Shown: positions 31,160-40,296 of the stretch, piece after piece
Numbering within the stretch: position 1 is the stretch's first letter
Layout: each line of letters starts with the position of its first letter
Virus record (IMG/VR): IMGVR_UViG_2974770163_000001
Location: 45,435-109,434 of that record
Reading direction: 5' to 3' (one strand)
From: a virus
Lineage: Duplodnaviria > Caudoviricetes
DNA length: 64,000 bases
The notes under the pieces: generated by a model
Database searches by the model: none
The model's input: the letters and a program-made list of their open reading frames with translations, nothing else
What the model was told of the DNA's origin: nothing
Position numbers and translations under genes: made by a program

Positions 31160-31651
31160 CTATAGGCTCTCAGTGAATGTTCTAGCAACCACATCAGCTT
31201 GTTGTTCTGGTGTTAGCGCATTAAATCTCACCGCATACCCCGATACTCGAATTGTTAAGTTAGGGTATTTGTCAGGGTTCTTAATTGCATCTTCTAACAT
31301 CTCACGTTGTAAGACGTTAACGTTTAAGTGCTGACCTCCCTCGATTCTAATAGTTGGGGTTTGCTCAAGTTCAGAACCTACCTGCTCAACAGAAATAAAT
31401 TCTGCAATGTTTCGAGTGAACAATTCCTCTGGCACGCTTCGTGCTGCTTGGGCTACTTCATCGAACTTCTCTTGAGTCATTATAGAACCAGTAGGCACAA
31501 AGTCTTCATTAGTTGAAACTATAACTTTATTCCCTACTAGATCTACAGTGCTAGTATCTTGGTCGATTGGACACACCATAATAAAAGATACTACGGTAGG
31601 GATAGTAATGACCGCACCAACCATATTTGTTAGAACTGTTATTTCTCCCAC
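31160..31651 (-). CDS. grcA: Autonomous glycyl radical cofactor (GrcA/YfiD-like)
   Basis: [10 protein letters not shown]...[16 protein letters not shown]...RTFTESL; probable GTG start at 31651. Confidence 0.92.
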   Translation of the reverse strand: MGEITVLTNMVGAVITIPTVVSFIMVCPIDQDTSTVDLVGNKVIVSTNEDFVPTGSIMTQEKFDEVAQAARSVPEELFTRNIAEFISVEQVGSELEQTPTIRIEGGQHLNVNVLQREMLEDAIKNPDKYPNLTIRVSGYAVRFNALTPEQQADVVARTFTESL

Positions 31652-31661
31652 TAGACGTTCC

Positions 31662-32834
31662 TTATTGAATTTGTGACACAAGTTCCACAACTTCTGCTGT
31701 AATTAGTAGTCGTGTAAGATCACTAATTTCTTTTGCTACTCCTTGTTCGCCAGATGCATCAACTTCCGCACACTTAGCGAACTCTGCCTTTAAAGGAGCT
31801 ACTGCGTCTTCTGCAAACTTAGAAGCAATTGCTACTATTTCAGGATCAGTCAATGCTTTGGCTGTAGCCAAAAGACCACGTAACATAACTAATTGTGGAT
31901 TAAGTTGGTTAGACATATTATTCGCCTTCTTTAGTTGGTTTAACATCGAATAAATCACGAGCATAGATACTAGTGTTAGGATCGTCGGATGTAAATACTG
32001 TAATCATTGGATAATCTTCTGGAATCTGCTCGGGAACTGCATCATGTAAATAAGCGGTTGCAATACCAGCTAGGCTTTCTGTAATTTCACCATGGAATAC
32101 ATACTTAACCATATCTTCGTATGTTAAGTTATACTGACCAAACGCAATGAATGCTAGGTCTAATGCTACTTTCTCTACTAAGAAAGACTCTAAATCATCT
32201 TCTCCATCCCAAAAGGATTCAAAGGCTTGGTGACGGATAATTTTCAAAAAGGATTCAGTTAGACGTTCGTTCATTATTACTCCGCGTATTGTGACGATAA
32301 CGAGATCGTGATTAGATTTTGTGGATGAATTCTAGGATTAATTATAGTTAAAATATTCACTAACGGTTGTAGCCCAGTGGGTTCATCTATAATAAGTAAT
32401 ACCTCTTCGTATTGTGCCCCCGCTAATTCAGTAGCTAATACGTGTGGGTTTTCTGAGCTATCACATGTTACTATAACTTTAGTAAATATGTAATGATCTC
32501 TAGATCCTAGTCGGGTTTTACGAAGTATTTCTTCTTTTTCCACCATACTACGAACCGCAAATATAACTAACTTGGTACGTTTAGGTTCAAAATTGTTGTC
32601 TAGGTCTACCAGAGATTTTGGAACTTGTAGTGCCCAAGTATGGGCTGCATCGCGTAAAATCTGAGATTTACCAATACCACGTGGGACTGTGTAGTTGTGG
32701 TACTGAGATCCTGGGAGTGCAGTTGCTGCAAGCACAGCAGTTCTAATAGCTAGCTGAACTTCTTGTGCTGCTTTTAATTCCTCTGAAGCCTTCGCAACTT
32801 CCCGTTCAAGTACTGCAATAGGTTTTTTGACCAT
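31662..32834 (-). other. Three hypothetical ORFs (31662-~31916, 31918-32274, 32277-32834)
   Basis: Packed ORFs with RBS. Confidence 0.7.
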
Positions 32835-32848
32835 AAAATCCTCAAATG

Positions 32849-32924
32849 TGGAGGTTCTAGCTGGATTTGAACCAGCGACACACGCCGTATGAGAGCGCTA
32901 CTCTACCAACTGAGTTATAGAACC
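32849..32924 (-). tRNA. tRNA with CAT anticodon (Met or Ile2)
   Basis: Cloverleaf, loop CT-CAT-AC, encoded CCA. Confidence 0.88.
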
Positions 32925-32930
32925 GGTTAA

Positions 32931-33042
32931 TGGGGCGGGTCGTAGGGTTCGAACCTACATCGTTATTTCTAGTATTCCTATGGAGATACTAGTTTCAAAG
33001 CACGCCTTGAGAGCGCCGTCATTACATTATGACTATAACCGC
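32931..33042 (-). ncRNA. 112-nt tRNA-like RNA with ~41-nt variable arm (CAA anticodon in canonical register)
   Basis: GCGG/CCGC acceptor, GTCA/TGAC D arm, GTAGG-TTCGAAC-CCTAC T arm, CCA; insert hairpin CTAGTAT/ATACTAG. Confidence 0.75.
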
Positions 33043-33051
33043 AGTGTAAAT

Positions 33052-33127
33052 TGGAAGGGGAAGCGGGATTCGAACCCACGCTGTCAGAGTCAAAGGCTGA
33101 TGTGCTAACCACCTACACCATTCCCCA
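33052..33127 (-). tRNA. tRNA-Gln(TTG)
   Basis: Cloverleaf, CT-TTG-AC, CCA. Confidence 0.92.
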
Positions 33128-33133
33128 ATTGTT

Positions 33134-33216
33134 TGGTTGCGAGTACCGGAATCGAACCGATCTTGGCTATTGCCGGAGGGAATGAGCCTCCTGAGTTCCC
33201 AGAACTCTAACTCGCT
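33134..33216 (-). tRNA. Initiator-like tRNA-Met(CAT) with long variable arm
   Basis: A1.A72 mismatch, GGAGG-CTCATTC-CCTCC, extra arm GGC-AATA-GCC. Confidence 0.82.
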
Positions 33217-33402
33217 ATTGAAATTTTATATCTTTAATATGGATAGCACTTGGGTAGTACCCTTCCTCTCTTCCGAGAGTACGCTGAATATCAGCAGTGG
33301 TAGTGCCTTCCTCTACCCATAACAATTTTGGCTGTCTGGCTATATAACAATCAAGGTAGCCAGTGTTAATGCTATAATGAACTACAACTGGTACTTTAGC
33401 CA

Positions 33403-33666
33403 TTACTCATCCTCACAATCTTGGCAAACAGGGTCACAATGCTTATCAGACATTTCTGCGTATTCACAGTACCAACCACAGTTAGTACACTCAAATACTT
33501 CAGCTTCTACCAAAGCTGCTTCAAAAGTTTCTGAATCATCCTCTGGTAAATTAAATTCTTTGTTAAAATCTAAACGAGCATTGAAGTTTCTGTAAGTACA
33601 AGAACCCATAACATGGTCAACTACCCAGTTGTGCATGTCTGATGTTATAACCATTCTAAACTCCAA
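33403..33666 (-). CDS. Small Zn-finger protein
   Basis: CTNCGWYC...CQDC. Confidence 0.7.
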   Translation of the reverse strand: MEFRMVITSDMHNWVVDHVMGSCTYRNFNARLDFNKEFNLPEDDSETFEAALVEAEVFECTNCGWYCEYAEMSDKHCDPVCQDCEDE

Positions 33667-34177
33667 ATGTTGTATCTAAAACTTGTTTAAACGCTAACAG
33701 CTCGTCGTGTGTCATATCGTCTAGGTCTTTAGGTGACTGAACACCACCATGCTTAAATTTCTTTATTAACTTAGCACCAGCATTATCGGGATCACCTATC
33801 CAAACGAATTTTACGTTTGATTTATTTAATAATCGTAATAATGGTTTGTGCATTGAAGAACCTAGAACGCTTACTGCCGGAACACCAACACTATGTAAAG
33901 CTGTAGCTCTGAAAACTGCTTCTGTAACGTATACCACTTTTGCATCTTGAGGGACTGTATCTAATCCCCAAAGAGCTGGTTCTGACGACCAAGTAAAGTA
34001 TCTTGCATCACTTGGTTTATCTGCTTTCTTAGGTGAATCAGGAGAAAATACCTGAAAACCTACAAAACGACCATCTGTTGCGAAAAGAGGAAACGTTGCT
34101 TTGTTATTGTCGAGATCAACCCACACTTTGTGCTGGTCAGTAACTCGTTTTGCTTTAAGAGCATCTAAAACGTTCAT
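33656..34177 (-). CDS. Stand-alone TOPRIM (primase-like) protein
   Basis: FPLF, VYVTEAVF, IGDPDNAG, KDLDD. Confidence 0.8.
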   Translation of the reverse strand: MNVLDALKAKRVTDQHKVWVDLDNNKATFPLFATDGRFVGFQVFSPDSPKKADKPSDARYFTWSSEPALWGLDTVPQDAKVVYVTEAVFRATALHSVGVPAVSVLGSSMHKPLLRLLNKSNVKFVWIGDPDNAGAKLIKKFKHGGVQSPKDLDDMTHDELLAFKQVLDTTFGV

Positions 34178-34259
34178 TTATCAATTCCTCTCAATCAATT
34201 CAATATAAATATTATATCAAATCTGAAAGGAATTTGCAAATGATTTTTTGCTTTTAATT

Positions 34260-34348
34260 TGGCGGTAGGAGGAGGAATCGAACCCCCGCCATGTCCCCAC
34301 AACGTACCTGATTTCAAGTCAGGCTGCCCACCATTGAGCACTCCTACC
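34260..34348 (-). tRNA. tRNA-Ser(TGA)
   Basis: CCTGA-CTTGAAA-TCAGG, long variable arm, G73 CCA. Confidence 0.92.
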
Positions 34349-34684
34349 AAATTAGTTTTTAAATAAATCCATCAATACATCTAATATTTCTTCTACTGCA
34401 TGCTCTTTTTCTGTTGGATGAAAGTCTCGAACATCATTACAGATGGATTCACGAACTATTAATGCATCAACTGCTGTATATAATAGTTCTCTAAGATCTT
34501 TGTTTTCGTACTTTGACATATTACCCCTTAATAGAGTTAATTATCTTAGCAGCTTCGTCAGCATCATCTTTGTGGTAGTGCTTGCTAATAAGCCTGCCGT
34601 CTTTAGTGACAACAGCATACTCTCTGCAAGCACAGGTTTCTGGATGACAGCCCCAAGAATGACCAATATAGGTTACTATCACCA

Positions 34685-35190
34685 TTATGCGTATACCTTA
34701 CCTAAATCAACAATCTTAATCTCAACGGATATTAAAGACTGGAAGTAATCAGAGTTCCAGAAGTTATGGAATTTATGTACAGTTCCATCGTCCAGCTCTA
34801 ACTCAACCATGTAATCTTCGTACATTGAGTCGCTACGATCAGCGGTTCTTAAAATTACTTCAGAGGCTTTCTTAGCCAGTTCAATGCTTTCCCATTCATA
34901 AGGGATCTCATCTACTTCATCGTAAGAACCGAAAGAGTTACCATCACGGTACTCTATTACGATTTTGAATCTCATTTAATCACCTTTGCAGTATAAGTCG
35001 TTTTAAAGTAATCAGGTGTTTCAATAGTTTCCATATTTTCTGGCTTACCTAAGAATCTAGCAATAAATCCATCACCAGCATCGAATCCAACTGAATCACA
35101 CTTACACATCCAAAATTCACCGTATTCGGTAAAAGTATGTGTGTCACCACAAAGTTTACAACGTTTCGTTATAGGCGTGTACTTTTCCAT
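34685..35190 (-). other. Two hypothetical ORFs (34685-34975; 34972-35190, CxxC...CxC)
   Basis: RBS-supported starts downstream of tRNA-Trp. Confidence 0.7.
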
Positions 35191-35208
35191 TAGAAAGTCC
35201 TTATAAAT

Positions 35209-35282
35209 TGGCACAGGCTGGAGGAATCGAACCCCCGTCATTGGGTTTGGAAGCCAAGGTATTACCACTATACGAAGCCTAT
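35209..35282 (-). tRNA. tRNA-Trp(CCA)
   Basis: Loop TT-CCA-AA, G73 CCA, C.C mismatch at 31-39. Confidence 0.82.
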
Positions 35283-35294
35283 ATAAATATTATT

Positions 35295-35840
35295 CTAGAA
35301 AAATTCAACACGATCACGAATATCGAATGTAATAGAATAAACATCACCTTTAAACTCTTTTTCTGTTGTGAAGTTGTATTCCCCATCGTATTGGTGACGG
35401 TAGAAATGCACACCTTTATAAGTGAAGTCTTTTAAGTTTTCTAACTCACGAATAAACTCAAAGTAAGATAAGTTATTAGCCTTAGCTTTCTCAGAAAGTT
35501 CAGTAAAGTATTCAGTAAATATTTTACGTTCTTCAATAAAAATCATACCTGATTCAATGCGGGATAGCACAGAAGAGATATCTAGGATACCATAAGAATC
35601 CCCTAATACAGATTGAATAGTACGATACTCTTCTTCTGTAAGTTCTTTAACACAAAAAGTTGTGTCATGCAAGAATATTTGTTCATTAGTTCCAAAGTAA
35701 ATTTCTTGGTTCTCGACCTCTTCAAGACTGTTAAGTAGTTTAAGAGCTTGTTCTAATTCTTCACCCTTAAATAAGCCAAAACCTTCTACATCGAACTCGT
35801 CAGCATAGTTGTTTTCAACAGTGATTAACGCGTATTTCAT
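35295..35840 (-). CDS. Hypothetical acidic protein
   Basis: Start MKYALIT after AGGA; promoter at 35873-35901. Confidence 0.75.
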   Translation of the reverse strand: MKYALITVENNYADEFDVEGFGLFKGEELEQALKLLNSLEEVENQEIYFGTNEQIFLHDTTFCVKELTEEEYRTIQSVLGDSYGILDISSVLSRIESGMIFIEERKIFTEYFTELSEKAKANNLSYFEFIRELENLKDFTYKGVHFYRHQYDGEYNFTTEKEFKGDVYSITFDIRDRVEFF

Positions 35841-35919
35841 TTTTATTTTCCTTCTCATTAATTTATATAAATATTATATCAAATAAATGAGATTTTGGCA
35901 AATGAATTTAAAATTAAAT

Positions 35920-36043
35920 TGGTAGTCACTAAGGATTTGAACCTTATCACTGACTGCGGATTTACGGAGAAACCATCTAACCTAGGAATCGAACCTAGAC
36001 CTACCCTCGTGCCAGCCGGATTACACCACATCCGCGTTGACTA
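35920..36043 (-). ncRNA. 124-nt CCA-ended tRNA-like RNA with two T-arms and no anticodon arm
   Basis: CTAGG-TTCGATT-CCTAG and TAAGG-TTCAAAT-CCTTA; AGTCA/TGACT acceptor; GCGGAT/ATCCGC stem. Confidence 0.75.
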
Positions 36044-36129
36044 TATTAGTTGGGAGGGTTAGCAGCCCCTTAATAAGCATTTAGCAGATGCTTACTTACC
36101 CTTTAGCTTAGCTATATCGAATGATAATT

Positions 36130-36221
36130 TGGCAGAAGAAGTGGGAGTCGAACCCACAAGGCATATCGCTATACTCAGCTGCTTTCCAAGCAGTTCCCGT
36201 CGCCGATCGGTTTGTTCTTCT
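36130..36221 (-). tRNA. tRNA-Ser(GGA)
   Basis: TT-GGA-AA loop, long variable arm, CCA. Confidence 0.88.
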
Positions 36222-36227
36222 ATAAAT

Positions 36228-36304
36228 TGGTGGGACTAAGGAGAGTCGAACTCCTAAAATCTGCGTTCTAAGCACAGCACGTATGCCAGTTCCGTCATAG
36301 TCCC
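36228..36304 (-). tRNA. tRNA-Leu(TAG), short variable loop
   Basis: CTGTG-CTTAGAA-CGCAG, 77 nt. Confidence 0.9.
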
Positions 36305-36440
36305 TAATCTAATTTTATACTACGTACTTCATTATTCTGTTCTGCTTTTTCCTTAGCATCCATAAATCTTTTTAGTAGTAGATCCTTATCTCTCTTTATC
36401 TTATCAAAATCGATATTATTCATGTCTACTCCCATATGTT

Positions 36441-36517
36441 TGGTATCGAGGGCGGGGATCGAACCCGCAGAACCAGCATTTTAAGTGCTGTACGTTTGCC
36501 AATTACGTCACCTCGAC
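36441..36517 (-). tRNA. tRNA-Leu(TAA), short variable loop
   Basis: CAGCA-CTTAAAA-TGCTG, 77 nt. Confidence 0.9.
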
Positions 36518-36526
36518 ATTTTAAAT

Positions 36527-36600
36527 TGGAGCACCCTACTGGATTTTAACCAGTCTACGGAAGTTTGCAATTTCCTACCTAGTCACTCGGTCAAAGGCGC
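36527..36600 (-). tRNA. tRNA-Cys(GCA)
   Basis: TT-GCA-AA loop, U73, atypical T loop TTAAAAT. Confidence 0.85.
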
Positions 36601-36607
36601 ATTGAAT

Positions 36608-36919
36608 TTATTTTTGAGCAACGAATACTTCGATGCCTTTATCTAACAGTTGGTCAAGTTCTACGTCAACTTTAATATCTAAGCCCTCAACACGGGCTTT
36701 TATACCCAGTGCGGTACCTGTCCATGGGTACTCATGACCATGATCGTAATCAACACCACCGTATTCCCAGATCATTAACTTAAACTTGATACCATTGATC
36801 TTAACAGTATATTTCTTTTTGTCTTTGTAGTGAATATATACTGTCTCACCAGCTTCGTTAATAAAGAAGTAGCGGCGAGGTCCCCAATCTTGCTCGAACT
36901 GCATTTTAAAAAAGTTCAT
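36608..36919 (-). CDS. Hypothetical protein
   Basis: AGGAG RBS before MNFFKMQF. Confidence 0.75.
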   Translation of the reverse strand: MNFFKMQFEQDWGPRRYFFINEAGETVYIHYKDKKKYTVKINGIKFKLMIWEYGGVDYDHGHEYPWTGTALGIKARVEGLDIKVDVELDQLLDKGIEVFVAQK

Positions 36920-36934
36920 AGTAAACTCCTTATA

Positions 36935-37140
36935 GAGTTGATTAAAGCTATATGTATATGGTCTCGTTGAAGCCCCTTCGGTATATTCCACGGAGCAACC
37001 GAACAACCTAGACCCTTAAGATACTGACTCGCCAAAGTCAGGTGAGAAAACCACTTCTCACATCTCTGCATACTCAGTGTATCGCAGTCTTTTTGTTGGC
37101 AGCTGGTTCTGGTCATTTATACATATACTTTAATCAACTC
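36935..37140 (-). ncRNA. 206-nt structured RNA candidate
   Basis: ~23-bp terminal stem, four internal hairpins, two potential pseudoknots. Confidence 0.7.
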
Positions 37141-37295
37141 AGTTGATTAAAGGTGAGCATAGCCGAGTACTCACGTTGAATTAGTTAGATTCATTTGTTT
37201 ACGGTGCGAGCCACTTAAGGCGTCGGTTGGCGGAGCGCATTCTCCGTTCCCAACCCGTCCATACTAACTTCCAGCGGTAACTAGTCGCTATCCGT
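37141..37295 (-). ncRNA. ~150-nt structured RNA candidate
   Basis: Stems GGTTGG/CCAACC, CGGAG/CTCCG, GTGAG/CTCAC, TGAAT/ATTCA, with AGTTAG/CTAACT crossing pair. Confidence 0.55.
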
Positions 37296-37495
37296 TAATA
37301 TAAATTTTTAGAATCTAGATGGATAAATTTCTTTCAGCCTAGACTTTACATATCCTGTATCATCTCTAACGGCATTCTCAAGCTGTAAAATGTAGTCATA
37401 CACTGGTTTTGGTACAGCTACATGCTCAATAACACCATCACCTACCTGAACTGCCACGTTACAGTTACCATCTGAGTATGGTCTAAATGTCATGG

Positions 37496-38455
37496 CTACA
37501 CCTTTCCTTTAAAGTAGGCAACAGCTACTCGACTGATAGCCTTAGCCACATCTTTGAATTCGAGACCGGATGCTGCTAGTGTGTCACTTTCTTCTTTTAT
37601 GATATCCTTATTCAACCACTTAAGAAATGCTCCGGTATTAGCCAAATCAGCACCACCAACTTCAGTAATGCCTTGATCGAGTCTAGACTCGGTAGTCACA
37701 TATTCGACGAACTCGGTGATAGACTTAGCTACTTCAGGGTCTACAGACGCCAATGTACGAACTTTAGAAGATGAGTGTTTATCTCCTTTGACCTTAAACC
37801 ACAAATCTTTATTTTTAACAAGTTCATCGTCTAGTGGGCGCCATACAACTCCTTCTCCTGTACCAGAGATTCCGAAGTACGCTCCAGCTGGGCATTCCGC
37901 TTCAACCCTAACTGTAAGGTCAACTAATTCATTCTGAACTTCTGCCGGATTAGTTGGATCAATAGTAACGTAGTAAGCACCAAACTGTGAAATATTATAA
38001 ATCACTGGGCTGTATTGACCAATGTCATGATCAAACGGAAGCCATTCGATACTATCGTTGTTAGTAATATTTCCGTAGCCGAACACGGAGAAGAATTTTG
38101 GTAGACCATTTAACGCAACTCCACGTTGAATGTTGCCACCAGCAAACTCGCCACACATAATGATTGGCAATTTAGCCTCTGGATGGTTCTCTAAGATTTC
38201 CTGAGCCATCGCTTCAAATTTGTTGGCATAATCTTGGACGTACTGTGCAAAACCAGCGTTATCCTCGTCAACTGTTAAAAAACGTGTTTTGGATTGTGGA
38301 TACAAGTTAAAATTCTCATCCACAATTACAGATGCGTTCGTACCGTGCAGTTTTGTGTATCCAACATATTCTACGCTAGAAACACTGTCTAATCTACGTA
38401 ATTGAGAAACTGCATTACGAAACTGTTGAATAGATGGGAACTTTACGTTATTCAT
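37496..38455 (-). CDS. RNA ligase, Rnl2 family
   Basis: Motif I TKLHGTN, III GEFAG, IV EGVVWRP, V FKVK; promoter at 38487-38515. Confidence 0.88.
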   Translation of the reverse strand: MNNVKFPSIQQFRNAVSQLRRLDSVSSVEYVGYTKLHGTNASVIVDENFNLYPQSKTRFLTVDEDNAGFAQYVQDYANKFEAMAQEILENHPEAKLPIIMCGEFAGGNIQRGVALNGLPKFFSVFGYGNITNNDSIEWLPFDHDIGQYSPVIYNISQFGAYYVTIDPTNPAEVQNELVDLTVRVEAECPAGAYFGISGTGEGVVWRPLDDELVKNKDLWFKVKGDKHSSSKVRTLASVDPEVAKSITEFVEYVTTESRLDQGITEVGGADLANTGAFLKWLNKDIIKEESDTLAASGLEFKDVAKAISRVAVAYFKGKV

Positions 38456-38751
38456 TATTTATTTCCTCATTTCAGTTTATAAATATATTATAACTGAAAT
38501 TTAAGTATTTGACAATTGATTTTTTAATTTAATATCCGTAAACTATCAAAGGACATTAACGGTATTTCTTTAACAGGTACTTGTTCCATCACTAGAGTCT
38601 CTTCAAATACCTTTCGATCTACAAGAACTAACTGTTTACGAGTTGTTCTTTCAGGAATCTCCATAACTAAAATAGTTGGAGATTCTAGGATAATTGGCAT
38701 TCGTAACAGTGAGATCTTTGCTCTACTACGCATAGTAATTATCCTTAGAAT

Positions 38752-38827
38752 TGGCGCGGGCGAGGGGACTCGAACCCCTGCTGTACGGGTTGGAAGCCCG
38801 ACCGAATAGCCGCTATCTTACGCACGC
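38752..38827 (-). tRNA. Atypical tRNA-Gly(TCC)
   Basis: CGGG-CTTCCAA-CCCG, good T arm, weak D arm, G73; 5' end overlaps upstream CDS. Confidence 0.7.
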
Positions 38828-39108
38828 TTAAATAATTGTTTAAACTTATCCCAAAGTGTTGGCTCAGCTTTTTTAGTTGGCATTGCCGATGGGATGGTAT
38901 GTGCCTGCTTATATTCTTGTTCCGCTTGATCTCTAGTTTTTGCTAGAGTAGAGAACAAAGTATAGGATTCACCAAGTTCATCCAGTTCCTGTAATGTGAT
39001 GGTTTGATTATCTTCAAGATACACAAAATCTATACCCTTCTTAGTTGTATAAACTTTACTTACAGGATACTTCAGTAAAATATAACCTGATGCTAAGTAT
39101 TTTTGCAT
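38818..39108 (-). CDS. Hypothetical protein
   Basis: 96 aa, coupled to upstream ORF. Confidence 0.7.
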   Translation of the reverse strand: MQKYLASGYILLKYPVSKVYTTKKGIDFVYLEDNQTITLQELDELGESYTLFSTLAKTRDQAEQEYKQAHTIPSAMPTKKAEPTLWDKFKQLFKRA

Positions 39109-39464
39109 TAATAATGTACTCTTGTTAGTGTAACACCCATATCCGCTAAAAATTTCTTTGCAGACATCATAGATTCTGCCGCAGCAGGATTAGAGGTATG
39201 CACTGTAATACTTTCTAGTGCTGGAAACTCTTCGAAAAATACCATTGCTTCAACAGTATTGAAGATGTCTCTTCCCTCAACTTGCTCACCTAGGTCATTA
39301 TCAAGGTGAATATGTGTAATTAATTCTTTGTCACGATCAATAAACATCATCGCAGACTTAGAGTCTTGAGCTACCAAAATCTTTTTAAAATGATTTAATT
39401 CTGTCAGAAAATTCATGGGTAGACGTTCATCGTCTACCCACAGTAAAACTTTATCTTTAATCAT
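39108..39464 (-). CDS. Cyclic-phosphate-processing receiver-domain protein
   Basis: LWVDDER.P, IHLDNDLG, VHTSNP signature. Confidence 0.8.
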   Translation of the reverse strand: MIKDKVLLWVDDERLPMNFLTELNHFKKILVAQDSKSAMMFIDRDKELITHIHLDNDLGEQVEGRDIFNTVEAMVFFEEFPALESITVHTSNPAAAESMMSAKKFLADMGVTLTRVHY

Positions 39465-39663
39465 GGCACGATCTCTATTGGTTGCTTACCGTCCCAATTT
39501 GAATCAGCTAGGACACGTTTGTAGAACAAATATCCAATATCACCTTGATCTTGTGGATCTGTAATGATTTTGCCTACATCCTTATCGGAAAAGTAAAATG
39601 CTTTCGCTGCATCTGAACCTACGGATAACTTGAAAGTTTCCATAAAACCTCCGGTAATAAAAT

Positions 39664-39748
39664 TGGCGGGCGGTGTAGGATTTGAACCTACGTTGTCCTT
39701 TCGAACACGGATTAACAGTCCGTCGCTAAACCACTCAGCTAACCACCC
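39664..39748 (-). tRNA. tRNA-Asn(GTT) with long variable arm
   Basis: ACGGA-CTGTTAA-TCCGT, extra arm GTTC-GAAA-GGAC. Confidence 0.9.
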
Positions 39749-39754
39749 TTAAAT

Positions 39755-39831
39755 TGGTACTGCGACCTGGGTTTGAACCAGGGAACCTCTCGATTATCAG
39801 TCAAGTGCTCTACCAACTGAGCTATCGCAGT
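39755..39831 (-). tRNA. tRNA-Ile(GAT)
   Basis: CT-GAT-AA loop, CCA. Confidence 0.92.
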
Positions 39832-39931
39832 ATTAACTGTAAAAACACTCCTTGAATGTTCTTACAGTTAATTTTGTAAAACTAACTGGTTCAGCCTCTA
39901 TTGAGTTACGACAAGAACGTGCCGATGCATT

Positions 39932-40121
39932 TGGTGCTCTGGAACGGGAGTCGAACCCGCAAATACTAAGATCCTCATTCCTACTCACTGGTCTGCGTAG
40001 TCCAGCCCCTCGGTGCTATTGGATTCTTTTCTTCTGTACCCGAACCTAGTTACTATTTTAACCTCACAGCCTCAATCCACGCAGATGAAAGAGCTAAGCA
40101 ACCTAGTTGTACAACCAGACC
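39932..40121 (-). ncRNA. 190-nt RNA with tRNA acceptor/T arm and a large insert (tmRNA-like topology)
   Basis: 5' GGTCTGG pairs with 3' CCAGAGC-A-CCA; GCGGG-TTCGACT-CCCGT; TCTGCGTGG/CTACGCAGA stem. Confidence 0.75.
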
Positions 40122-40127
40122 ATAATT

Positions 40128-40205
40128 TGGCACTGTAGAAGGGAGTCGAACCCTCAATGCTCCACCTTGAAAGGGTGGTGACTTTACCAGTTTGTCCACT
40201 ACAGT
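40128..40205 (-). tRNA. tRNA-Glu(TTC)
   Basis: CCACC-CTTTCAA-GGTGG. Confidence 0.92.
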
Positions 40206-40211
40206 ATAATT

Positions 40212-40296
40212 TGGTGCAGGATCGTGGACTCGAACCACGGAACCCCGAGGGGTGGAGATTTACAGTCTCCTGTCATTGCCGCTAGACTAATCCTGC
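40212..40296 (-). tRNA. tRNA-Tyr(GTA)
   Basis: GGAGA-CTGTAAA-TCTCC, long arm. Confidence 0.92.

Noticed and set aside
32931-33042. Selenocysteine or opal-suppressor tRNA call
   Set aside because: TCA appears only in a shifted register with C33; no 8/5 Sec fold or G73; genes use TGA as a normal stop
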